Shown one piece after another: positions 51,184 to 60,718 of a stretch of DNA of 64,000 nt. The position numbers and the translations under genes are program-made. Origin of the DNA: a virus. The notes below the pieces were generated by a model. It made no database searches. It was given only the letters and a program-made list of their open reading frames with translations, and had not been told where the DNA came from. The first letter of the stretch is position 1. Each line of letters opens with the position of its first letter. The DNA lies in the IMG/VR virus record IMGVR_UViG_3300009448_000012, positions 10,558 to 74,557 of that record, one strand, 5' to 3'.

Positions 51184-52317
51184 TTATGATCCTGACTTCA
51201 TTGCAGCTTTGAACAGTTTCGCGATTGCGGATTGTGTCGCGGGAACCAGCTTCCGCCCTGCTGGGTCCCGTTTTACGACCATAGGGTCATTCGTAATTCG
51301 GACGTCGGCACCTTCCCTTTCCATTTCCGCCGGCGTCTTGGGGACTTGCTTATAAGGGTCGACACCGGTCAGCATGCCGACGATATCCATCGGAAGCGCG
51401 AATTCGCGGTCCTTGGTCCGCTGCTCGAACATCCATCCGGGAATAAACTCGCCGCGCAGCATGCGCCCTTCGACCTCGGCGGCGACGCCGGACTTGCGCG
51501 CCTTGATCAGGGCGCCGGCGATCTCCAGGAACGAGGCTTCGGCGCCGAGCGCGGCCGCGCTCATTGCTTCCATGCGGCCGCCGCGTATGCCTTCGAAGAT
51601 GGTGTAAATCGAGGTCGTCAGCGCCTCGCACCGCGCGCGGCCGCCGCACTGTGTACACCAGGGACCGACTCGACCTTGGGGATCGCCGGCGAGCGCGGCA
51701 AAGGCTTTGCTCGCAAGCCAATTATACCACGTCGTCAGCTCCGGTTCATCGACCCGCCAGTCGCGAATCTTCCCGTCCGGATGGTGCGGGCGCGGCTGAT
51801 AGATCGTCATGATCACATCGTCGTGCTTTTCCGGGTCGAAGGTCGCGAGCGCTTCGCAGATCAGTTGCGGATTGCCCGTGACCTCGATCGGCAACCAGCC
51901 GTATTTCAGTTCGACGATATGCAGGGTGGACGAATTCGCGATCACCATGCTGTCCAGTCGTCCATTGATGGACAAATGCGGAATGCTTACCTTGACTTGC
52001 GTGTGGACTACCTCGCCGAGCGACTGGCAGTAATCGACATATCCCTGGACGTGCTGGACCATGTCGGCGGTCACGATCCAGCCGTTCGGCGCGGTCTCGC
52101 CGAAGAACTCGCCGGCGCTGACCGCGTCACCGCGCAGCACGCCGTTCGCGACCCAATCGGCCGCCTGACCTTCTCGCCGGGCGTCGGTGTCGTTCGGGTC
52201 GTCGTCGATCGGCGGCGGCAAACCGTCGAGCGCGCCGGCGGGTCCTCGGCGGGACAGTTGCGCGGTCAGCGCGCAGTTCGTCCATAAATGGGCGGTCGAA
52301 GGTGTCAACATTTCCAA
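51184..52317 (-). CDS. DUF2800 / Cas4-like PD-(D/E)XK nuclease
   Basis: PS.AH.W..C; GRLD...ELKYG; NPQL; IYQPR; GPWCTQC.....C. Confidence 0.85.
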   Translation of the reverse strand: MEMLTPSTAHLWTNCALTAQLSRRGPAGALDGLPPPIDDDPNDTDARREGQAADWVANGVLRGDAVSAGEFFGETAPNGWIVTADMVQHVQGYVDYCQSLGEVVHTQVKVSIPHLSINGRLDSMVIANSSTLHIVELKYGWLPIEVTGNPQLICEALATFDPEKHDDVIMTIYQPRPHHPDGKIRDWRVDEPELTTWYNWLASKAFAALAGDPQGRVGPWCTQCGGRARCEALTTSIYTIFEGIRGGRMEAMSAAALGAEASFLEIAGALIKARKSGVAAEVEGRMLRGEFIPGWMFEQRTKDREFALPMDIVGMLTGVDPYKQVPKTPAEMEREGADVRITNDPMVVKRDPAGRKLVPATQSAIAKLFKAAMKSGS

Positions 52318-53669
52318 AATCCCCGCGCGTCGTTCGGCATGCCGTGGCGTAACAGCGCCTCGACGTCGTCCAGGGCGGCGCGATAGCCGCCGTCATATCC
52401 TTCACCCGCCAGCCCGCGCCCATAGACGCCTTGGGACTGCTCGGCGATCCGCTGGTCGATCTTGCGGCGCGCCGAGACCAGTCGCTTCAGGAATTGGGCG
52501 CGGGTCAGGGCCGGCATGTCAGACCGGCCGGCGCGGCTTGGTCGCCCAATTCCGGCGAACGTACATATCGACCGTTTCCAGGGCGACGCCGCCGACCTGA
52601 TCGAGTAGGGACCCGACGCTGACCTTGTGATTATCCGGATTTTTCATCAGGCTTGTCATGATCAGCGCGCGAAGACCGATCCAGAATTCCGCGTCCGCCT
52701 CGAACCGCATGTCGGGCGCCGGCGGCGGCGGGGCGAAGGGTGCGGTCGGCGGCTTCGGCAGGGGTGGCGGGGTGATGGGCTTCGGACCCTGTGACCGGGC
52801 GTCAAGCGCTCGCTCGGCGCCGGGCGGCATGGGCACAGGGAACAGCTTTTCGGTACCGAGATACGTCTTGCCCTTGTGCTGCTCGACCATCAGGCGGGAA
52901 TGCTGACCGCATCCTTCGCACTCATAGACCACGCTGACCGCGTCGCGGCGCGTTGACGGGTTCTCATGGATGCGCGGGTTCGGGAAGGTCAGGCGCGGTC
53001 GATCATAGGCGCGGTGACTGTAGGTCGGACTGTCCTCGCCGGCGGGGCGGGCGTGGATGTCGACGGCCGTGTGATGCACGAACGTGTTGCGGCAATGGGC
53101 GCAAATCAGCGCATGCGAGGCGTCGCCGTCGTGGTCGATGATAATGCTCATTTGATCCAGCCTCGTTCGCGAAGACCTTCGACGATCTCGATCGTGATGT
53201 TTTCGCAGTGTTTTGACATCTTGACGGTGTCTAGCGTGTCAAGAGTCCCGGCTTTCTCGCGTGCTTTCAAGATTGCTTGCGAGAACGTATGAGGCATGTT
53301 GCGCCGGATCATTTCAATGTCCGCAACCATTTCTTGCGGTACGGTGCGAGCCGCCTTCAAGCGCGCGATTGCTTCACGTTGTTCTTTCGAATGCGGTGCA
53401 GGTTTGTTCATGCTTCCGTTTTCGATAGCAATCGCAGCAAGGGTAATGACGTGATCAAGCAACTGATTAATGATGTCAGTCATTATTTCGCCGGCATTGG
53501 CTGCGCCGGGTCCGCGTAAATCCAGATAGCCTTTGGATTTGGCACCGTTTGCCAACAAGTCTTGACTTACCCTGTGTGCCTGACCGACCAGTCGCGCAAA
53601 TTCGCGGAAATTGTCGACGTCGTTTTTACGTTCTTCCGGAAGGTCTTCGTAATTCTCGGTTTTCGGCAT
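52305..53669 (-). other. three hypothetical genes (52305-52517, 52519-53151 with CxxC pairs, 53148-53669 AT-richer)
   Basis: Coupled ORFs. Confidence 0.6.
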
Positions 53670-53742
53670 GGATGGCGGGTCCTAGTTAGAGGGATAGGTG
53701 CTCGCCGACCAGCGGGGGCAGTCGGCGAGCGTCCGAGTTGAC

Positions 53743-54651
53743 TTACTGGGTGAGGGCCATCAACTCGGAATAGGAAGCGATACGGGCGGCCGGGTCCTTG
53801 AAGAACACCATCGGATCTTCGACCGCGCCATATCGCTGGCAAATTTCGGTCCAGACCTCACTAGATATGCGCTGACCGGCGACCAAGTTGGAATAGAGGT
53901 TGTGCCAAGTCGGATAACCCGGATCGGTGACTTCCTCGGTTTCGGCGGGCGCCGGCGGTGCGGGCGGGGCGACAGGCGCGGCCGGCGCCGATGCCAGCGG
54001 GTCGACGCTCGCGCCCTGCGGCGGCAAGCCCGGTGCGAACTGCGCATTGATCTGGTCCGCCGTGGGCGCGGCAGGCATGCCTACGGGACCTTGCGGAGCG
54101 GGCGGCATGCCGGAACCGACCGGCGGTGCGGGCGGGATGTTGGTGGGCGGTGCGGGCGGTGCGGGCGGCGTGGCGCCGACCAGGGTCGCTTCCCACGCGG
54201 CACAGGCGACCTTGTCCAGCCCCTTGCGCTTCGCCCAAGTCCCGTCAGCGTTCTTGCGCTTGCTGTCGGCATGGAACGCCGAATGGTGGGGCGTGCCGCG
54301 ACTGTCGAATTCGGTGGTGCTGATCGTCGGGCCGGCGGCCGGTGCGGCGGGCGCTTGCGGCGCGGCCGGAGCCTGGGGAACGGGCGGGACGCTCGGCGGT
54401 GCGGGCGGTGCGGTGCGGACGGGCGCGGCGCCGTTGGCGTTGTCGTACTGTCCCCACGGATTGACGCCGGGCGCGGCCGGGGCCTGGGGCATGGTGGGGA
54501 CGGCGCCGGTCGCGGCGGCCAGCTCGGCGACGGTCTGGCGGGTCTTGGTGGGATCAGACGCGGCGGGCTTGGCGCCGCGTGCGACGACGAAAGCCGTCAC
54601 GGCGTCCAGTTCGGCTTCCGTCATTTCGCTGATCACGATCGAATATTTCAT
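53743..54651 (-). CDS. Pro/Ala-rich protein
   Basis: Core DSRGTPHH..FH...K.KNADGTWAKRKG; GAGGA RBS; first gene of the leftward replication operon. Confidence 0.75.
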   Translation of the reverse strand: MKYSIVISEMTEAELDAVTAFVVARGAKPAASDPTKTRQTVAELAAATGAVPTMPQAPAAPGVNPWGQYDNANGAAPVRTAPPAPPSVPPVPQAPAAPQAPAAPAAGPTISTTEFDSRGTPHHSAFHADSKRKNADGTWAKRKGLDKVACAAWEATLVGATPPAPPAPPTNIPPAPPVGSGMPPAPQGPVGMPAAPTADQINAQFAPGLPPQGASVDPLASAPAAPVAPPAPPAPAETEEVTDPGYPTWHNLYSNLVAGQRISSEVWTEICQRYGAVEDPMVFFKDPAARIASYSELMALTQ

Positions 54652-54680
54652 GCTGTCATTTCCTCGAACGGTGGGTTATA

Positions 54681-54695
54681 TGAGCACAAGTGAGC
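54681..54695 (+). promoter_or_regulatory. operator box at the divergence point
   Basis: Exact TGAGCACAAGTGAGC between divergent genes. Confidence 0.65.
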
Positions 54696-56372
54696 TTCTT
54701 GGGGCAAGGGATAACATCGGTGCTTCGTGATTACCAGGAAAAATTAAAAACCGATGTTTATGCATCCTGGAACGCTGGTAATCGAAACGTTTTGGCGGTT
54801 TCACCGACAGGGTCGGGCAAAACGGTGACGATGCAGGCGATCACGGATGATTTCGTCGGCATGACATGGTCGATCGCGCATCGTCGCGAACTGGTCGGTC
54901 AAATCAGTATGGCGGCCGCGTTGGCTGGTGTCTATCATCGAATAATCGCGCCGGATAAGATCGTTCGGATCATTATCGCGATGCACGTCAAGAAATATGG
55001 ACGATCGTTCGTCCATCCCGAATCGAATCATATCGTCGCATCCGTCCAAACGATCAACGCCCGCATTGAACAGCTTCGCCCAATCATCGAACAGGCGAAG
55101 CTTTGGAACATGGATGAAGCTCACCACATCCTTGAAACCAATCTTTGGGGGACGTGCGTCGCTGAATTCAAGAATGCTTACGGCGCCGGTTATACGGCGT
55201 TGGCCCTGCGCGGGGACAAGAAACCGTTGCGCCGTGGATCGGGCGGCGTGTTCGACGATCTCGCGATGGGTCCTGAAGTCGGTGAACTGATCAAGCGCGG
55301 GTTCCTGGTCCCTTATGTGATCTATGGTCCGCAAGTGTCGTCGATCGATGTTTCGAACGTGCCGATCACTGCGAGCGGGGATTATTCGCCGACGAAGCTG
55401 TCGACCGAGGCGCGCAAGTCGTCGATCACCGGCGACATCATCCGCGATTATCTCCGGTTCACGCCGGGCAAGATCGGGGCGACGTTTTGCGTTGACGTTG
55501 GTATGGCCGAAGAAACGACACAGGCGTTTCAGCAAGCCGGCGTTCCGGCTTTCCTGATCACCGACCAGACGCCCGCCGACGCTCGATCCGACCTGATGAG
55601 CGACCTCGCATGCGGGATCAAGAAACAGGCGGTAAACGTCGGCATCATCGGCGAGGGCGTCGACGTGCCGGTGCTGGAGGTGGTCAGCCTCGGTTGCCCG
55701 AGCGACAGTCTCCAGAAATACCGGCAGGAAGTTGGGCGCGTGTTTCGCCCGGCGCCGCAGATCAACAAGACGGTTGGTGTGATCATCGATCACGTCAAGA
55801 ACGTCGAGCGGCACGGCGCGCCGGACAAGATCGTCGTCCAGTCGCTCGACGGTCACACGAAGAAACCGCGCAACGCCATGAAGGACCCGGACGAAGTCCC
55901 GATCAGGACATGCCCGTCGTGCTGGCGCGTGTCGGAAGCCTGGACGGCGACATGCCAGCATTGCGGCTTCACGCCGGCGCCGGTGCTGCGCGGGCGGCCG
56001 GAATTGGTCGAAGGCGACCTGACCCTGTACACGCCGGAATTGCTCGCGCAGCTCGGCGCGGCCGCGATCGACATCATGAAGCCGCCGGCGTTGCCGTTCG
56101 GCGCCGGCATGCGCGCGGTGGAGGGGCGGCGCGCGGCCGCGCTGCGCGACCAGGAAGCGCAATTGTCCCTGCGCGATGCGATCGCATGGTGGGCGGGCGT
56201 CCAGCGCGACCTATACGATCGGAGCGACAACGAAGCTTACATTCGGTTCATGCGTAAATTCGGCATCGACGTCTATTCAGCACAAAGCTTAGGCGCCGTG
56301 GAAGCAACCAAGCTCAATGACTTGATATGGGAAGACATCGGGGATGACGTTGATCGAAAGCATGTTGCCTAA
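54690..56372 (+). CDS. SF2 (DEAH) DNA helicase with C-terminal zinc finger
   Basis: LRDYQ, PTGSGKT, DEAHH, EGVDVP, QEVGRVFR, CPSC...CQHCG. Confidence 0.93.
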   Translation: MSFLGQGITSVLRDYQEKLKTDVYASWNAGNRNVLAVSPTGSGKTVTMQAITDDFVGMTWSIAHRRELVGQISMAAALAGVYHRIIAPDKIVRIIIAMHVKKYGRSFVHPESNHIVASVQTINARIEQLRPIIEQAKLWNMDEAHHILETNLWGTCVAEFKNAYGAGYTALALRGDKKPLRRGSGGVFDDLAMGPEVGELIKRGFLVPYVIYGPQVSSIDVSNVPITASGDYSPTKLSTEARKSSITGDIIRDYLRFTPGKIGATFCVDVGMAEETTQAFQQAGVPAFLITDQTPADARSDLMSDLACGIKKQAVNVGIIGEGVDVPVLEVVSLGCPSDSLQKYRQEVGRVFRPAPQINKTVGVIIDHVKNVERHGAPDKIVVQSLDGHTKKPRNAMKDPDEVPIRTCPSCWRVSEAWTATCQHCGFTPAPVLRGRPELVEGDLTLYTPELLAQLGAAAIDIMKPPALPFGAGMRAVEGRRAAALRDQEAQLSLRDAIAWWAGVQRDLYDRSDNEAYIRFMRKFGIDVYSAQSLGAVEATKLNDLIWEDIGDDVDRKHVA

Positions 56373-56658
56373 GAAACCGGCGATCGAGACCGAGCGCGGG
56401 ACCGAACAGATCTTCGACGAGATGAAGACGATCGCGCTCGGGTTCGTCCGGCGAACCGAGGCGGTTGAAACGCAACTGAACCACATCATCGCGACGGTTT
56501 ACACGAACCTGAAGCGACAGCATCAGGACGGTTTGCACCCTGAATTCGTGCCCATGATGGTCACATGGATGGATGTCGAGATCGCCAAGCTGAAGGACCT
56601 ACGCGAGCGGTATCTTGTCGAGGTTGCCGCGCGACCGGTCGTCAAGGGTGACGGGTGA
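56344..56658 (+). CDS. hypothetical protein
   Basis: Helical ORF coupled in the operon. Confidence 0.6.
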   Translation: MTLIESMLPKKPAIETERGTEQIFDEMKTIALGFVRRTEAVETQLNHIIATVYTNLKRQHQDGLHPEFVPMMVTWMDVEIAKLKDLRERYLVEVAARPVVKGDG

Positions 56659-57107
56659 TGCGCTGGCGCAAATGGTGGTGCGTGAACCACCATTGGGGGC
56701 GGTTCATGTTCGCCCGCACGCTGATCCGTGAGACGACCGCGTTCATCGAGAGCAACGATGCCAGCCGGCACATATGGCTGGATCAGGCTCGCTTCTATGT
56801 CCGCAAGTCCTATCGGCCGATCGGCGGAAGCTGGCGCCGGACCCTGGACATCGCGTCCGTCGAGGTGGTCGAGCCGTATCGCCGCATGGGCTATTTCTCG
56901 ATTGCCCTGGTCGTGTTTCAGAACCAAGTGATGCGCCCGTCACTGGCGCTGATCGAGAACATCGACAAAGTCGACCATGGGCTGACCGTGGTCTATTTCG
57001 AGAGCGTGCTAAACGATGACTTGGCGACCTTCCTAATGGTCAAGCATCAGTATCAACAGGACTTAATGATTTACCCGCCAAGCTTTTATAGGATCATGAG
57101 ACCGTGA
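56655..57107 (+). CDS. GNAT-like acetyltransferase (tentative)
   Basis: IASVEVVEPYRRMGYF resembles GNAT motif A. Confidence 0.45.
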   Translation: MMRWRKWWCVNHHWGRFMFARTLIRETTAFIESNDASRHIWLDQARFYVRKSYRPIGGSWRRTLDIASVEVVEPYRRMGYFSIALVVFQNQVMRPSLALIENIDKVDHGLTVVYFESVLNDDLATFLMVKHQYQQDLMIYPPSFYRIMRP

Positions 57108-59841
57108 ATAAAGAACTCCATTCTGCCCTGATGACCCTTTGGGAATTCCGGGAATTCGTCCAGCGCGAAGCCAAGGTGTGGACCATCAACGGGTCGCATC
57201 ACAACCCGATCTGGCAAAAGGTCGCTGAAGCGCTCGATGCCCATGGGATGAACGCGTGCTTCGGCACGCCGCCGGCGCCGGTGCTGGAGACGCCCGAACG
57301 CGTGCTGGTGTGGCATTGCCCGATGTGCGACGCGCGCGTTCCGGAAGCGCTCGCCGACTGTCCGGCGTGCGTGTCGGGCGTCGCTGAATTCGACCCGGCG
57401 GTCGAGGAACAGGCGCGGGTGCGCGGCGGCGCCCTGGACCCGACAGCCAAGGCGCGCGCCGTGTCGCGCGGTCAGGCGTCGTGGAGGAAGGGGCCGAACT
57501 ATGGGGACTGGTATTGCGTCCGGTGCGACGTGAAGCTGGTCGGGCAATATGAACCCTGTGACCATTGCGCCGACGACCAGATCGCCGAACCGCTCGCCGC
57601 GACCATGTTCCGCGACCTGACCGAGACGGTCGCATGCGCCGTGAGGTCGAGAACGCCGAAACCTGCTTGCACACCCTCGGTCAGTTGCTCGACGACGACG
57701 ACGACGTGCCGACGTGTCGGATCTGCGGATGCACCGCCGACGATTGCTCGGGATGCATCGAGCGGACGGGCGCGCCGTGTTCGTGGGCAGAATGGGATCT
57801 GTGCTCGGCGTGCGTGGATGACGCCCGGCTGATCGCCGAGATCGACGCGGTCGAAGGGTCGATCACCACCACGTCGGAGCGCCATATAACGGGCGCCGTC
57901 GACAAGGCATTGCGGAAGCTCGACCTCAATGCGGGCTATGGGAATCGCGGCCTGCGCGATGTCGGTGTCATGCAAGACTTTGGCAAGCCGTCGCCGGCCG
58001 CAAGGGACGTGCTCGCCAAGAACATGACCAAGGCGGTCGCCGACTTCGACGCGAAGGTGCTCGACGTGCTGACAGGCGGACGATCGGCGCCGATGACGGC
58101 CGCCTATGCGGCGAATCTGTTCCACAAAGACGCCGATCGCTTCATCGACATGATGTTGCCGCCATGGCCGACCGTCCGCTTACCCTTCTACGACGCCGAT
58201 CTGGTCCGGTCGGTGAATGACACCGGGTCCGAGATCCTGACGGTCGGGCTCGGCATGACGGCAACGCCTGAAGGCGTGGTTCCGCCTTGCTCGTGTCTGG
58301 TGTCGATCGACCATGAGGACGGGCTTTGCACGCAATGCGGCGGCGTGTTGCCGACACCGGACAAGCATCTATGCGTCGATGAAGGGTGCGAGCATCACGA
58401 GGCGCCCGACGTTGCCGCGTGGCGCCCGGGCGTGGATGGTCCGACCGGCGACGGCGCGGCGGACCTTGACGCCCTGGACGCGGCTCTTTACGTCGGCGAC
58501 GCGGTGTCATGCGTGCATATCTGGCGCCCGATCGAAGGGCGTTATCCCAAATGCGTCCTTTGCGGCGCCGAGGACATCCCGGCATGATCGACCCTGATGA
58601 CCTGTTGCACGCGACGGCCGTGACCGTGGGCGACCACCTGGACGAGATCGCCGCGCTGTTCAAGCCCGGCGCGCGGATCTCGGTCGTGGTTTGGGTACCA
58701 GGGCGCCCAACCGTCGATTTCGTGCTGACCTCGCCGGAAGCGACGATCGACGACGTGATCGAGGTCTACACGCGCCGGCGAGATGACCCGGCGACGGTGC
58801 GCGGCCGGACCAGCATGCCGGCGGGCGCGGTGTCGGCGTGCTCGCATGAATTCCAGTCGTATTTCAGGGCAACCGGCGGCCGGTACGACAAATGCCGGCT
58901 ATGCGAGGCGGAACGGCCGCTTCCGGAGAACCCGTCGATCCCGTATGTGCGCCCGGCGCGGACCGTGGAACGTGCAAAGCACTGCCGACGTGCTGGCGGT
59001 CAATGCGCTTGCTTGCCCAACTATTGCGATATGCAACCCCGTGAGGCGCAACGCGACGTGGAAGATCCGGTGGTCCCGTCGATCAGGGCATGCCGGCGGG
59101 CTGGTCCCGCATTACCGAGCGACACGCCTTGCGACTGCGATCACCCGAACCGGTGCGCGATCGTCGAGGCTTACACGACGGAAGGTGATGAGGGATGACT
59201 AAAGAACAACTCGAACAGCTCGACGCCCGCATGCATCTGTTGCGCCTGGAATGCTGGCGCGAAATTAAGGAAAGCGCCGACAAATCGCCGGCATACACCT
59301 TGTTGCGCGTGTATTCGAAGATGAAGATGCTTTGCGAATTCTATGACGGTTTGCGCAAGGCGCCGGTGGTGGTGACGCCCGATGAAGAACCGCCGTCGAT
59401 CGTGAAGGTGTTCGGATGTCGCCGCGCGATCTTCGGCCCTGGAGTGGTGCGAGCGGCCGCCAAGGCGTGCGACTGCGATCACCCGAACGAATGCCGGATC
59501 GTGGATCTGTGCTCGCCTGAAGGTGATGAGGGATGACCCGGCGCTGTGATCATGCATGGACGGTCGCGGTCAGCAAGCGCGGCTTTGTAGTGGTGGTTCG
59601 ACCGTATGGTGAGAAGCTTCATCAGCGGTGGTTCTGGAGCAATCCGCCCGCTGGTCATCCCATGCATCAACTTCATTCGGGGATGTGGCTTTGCCGGTCG
59701 CGGCCGCTGGTCTTCACCGACTATCGGAAAGCGCTCCGAACCGCTAAGCGGCTGAACGACGCGGTCCGCAGCATGACGCGCCACAACGAACGGATGCGTC
59801 AAGAACGGCTCACACGACAGAAGGTGATGAGGGATGAGTGA
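57104..59841 (+). other. hypothetical genes, several Cys-rich (57104-, 57634-58587, 58584-59198, 59195-59536, 59533-59841)
   Basis: Multiple CxxC motifs; ATGA coupling; shared 18-bp junction repeat. Confidence 0.6.
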
Positions 59842-60298
59842 CCGCATTAGCGCATGGGCGGCGAAATGGCGCATATCGCCTGAAGCGCTGAAAGAACTGT
59901 ACGACCTGGACGCCCTGGAGCCGGACGCCGAGGTGCGCGGCGAAGCGGCGGTCGTGCGGGAATGCCGGCTTACAGCGGATGGTCACAACGCGGTGTTGTG
60001 GCGCAACAATTCCGGCGCGACATTTGACCAAACGGGTCGTATGATCCGGTATGGGCTCGGAAACGACAGCGCAAAGCTTAGCCGTGACTATAAATCATCC
60101 GATTTAGTCGGCATCGGGCCGGGCGGTGTCTTTATGGCGGTCGAATGCAAGGCGCCCGGTTGGAAGGGTCCCAAGAATGACCGCGACCGCGCGCAAGCCA
60201 ATTTCATGAACCATGTGAGGGCAATGGGCGGGCGTGCGACCTTCGCAACGTCGGGCGCGCATGTCGTATCGGCAATTATGGGAAGACCTTGGATATGA
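59834..60298 (+). CDS. VRR-NUC domain nuclease
   Basis: LWRNNSG, RYGL, SSDLVG, AVECK, Q..F...V...GG. Confidence 0.88.
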   Translation: MSDRISAWAAKWRISPEALKELYDLDALEPDAEVRGEAAVVRECRLTADGHNAVLWRNNSGATFDQTGRMIRYGLGNDSAKLSRDYKSSDLVGIGPGGVFMAVECKAPGWKGPKNDRDRAQANFMNHVRAMGGRATFATSGAHVVSAIMGRPWI

Positions 60299-60639
60299 GC
60301 AATCTAGGAGCACGCGGCGGCGCCGTCATTACCGAAGCGGCTTGGTCGCCTGACGATGTGCGGGCACGGGCGAAACCCCGGTCATTTGTGCATTTGGGGC
60401 CGCAGCAACGCGCCATTGTGATCATCACGGCCGCGACCGTGGTCGCTAAGCGCAACGGCATCATGGGAATCAACTGGCGGGACGTGCTGGAGGAGTGCAA
60501 GCCCGAAACCGCCATGGCGACGGCGCGGCGGACCTTCACAAGTCTAATGGACTTGCGCAAAGCAGTCGCCGAGCGTGCGAAGCGCGACGGTGATCAAGAA
60601 CTGATCAACCAGGGTCGGGCGCATGGCCTGCTGAAGTAA
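60295..60639 (+). CDS. possible TetR-like HTH protein
   Basis: IITAA..VA.RNGI..I.WRDV pattern. Confidence 0.45.
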   Translation: MSNLGARGGAVITEAAWSPDDVRARAKPRSFVHLGPQQRAIVIITAATVVAKRNGIMGINWRDVLEECKPETAMATARRTFTSLMDLRKAVAERAKRDGDQELINQGRAHGLLK

Positions 60640-60665
60640 ACCGACCCTTAGGTCCGTTACATGGC

Positions 60666-60704
60666 AACGCCCGGCGTGGACCAACACGACCGGGCGTTTA
60701 TTTT
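60666..60704 (+). terminator. hairpin plus T-tract upstream of the primase gene
   Basis: AACGCCCGG...CCGGGCGTT then TATTTT. Confidence 0.55.
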
Positions 60705-60718
60705 GGAGACGTGTCTAG

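Noticed and set aside
51184-52317. Cas4 as evidence of a CRISPR system
   Set aside because: DUF2800-like nucleases next to SSB are common phage replication/recombination genes
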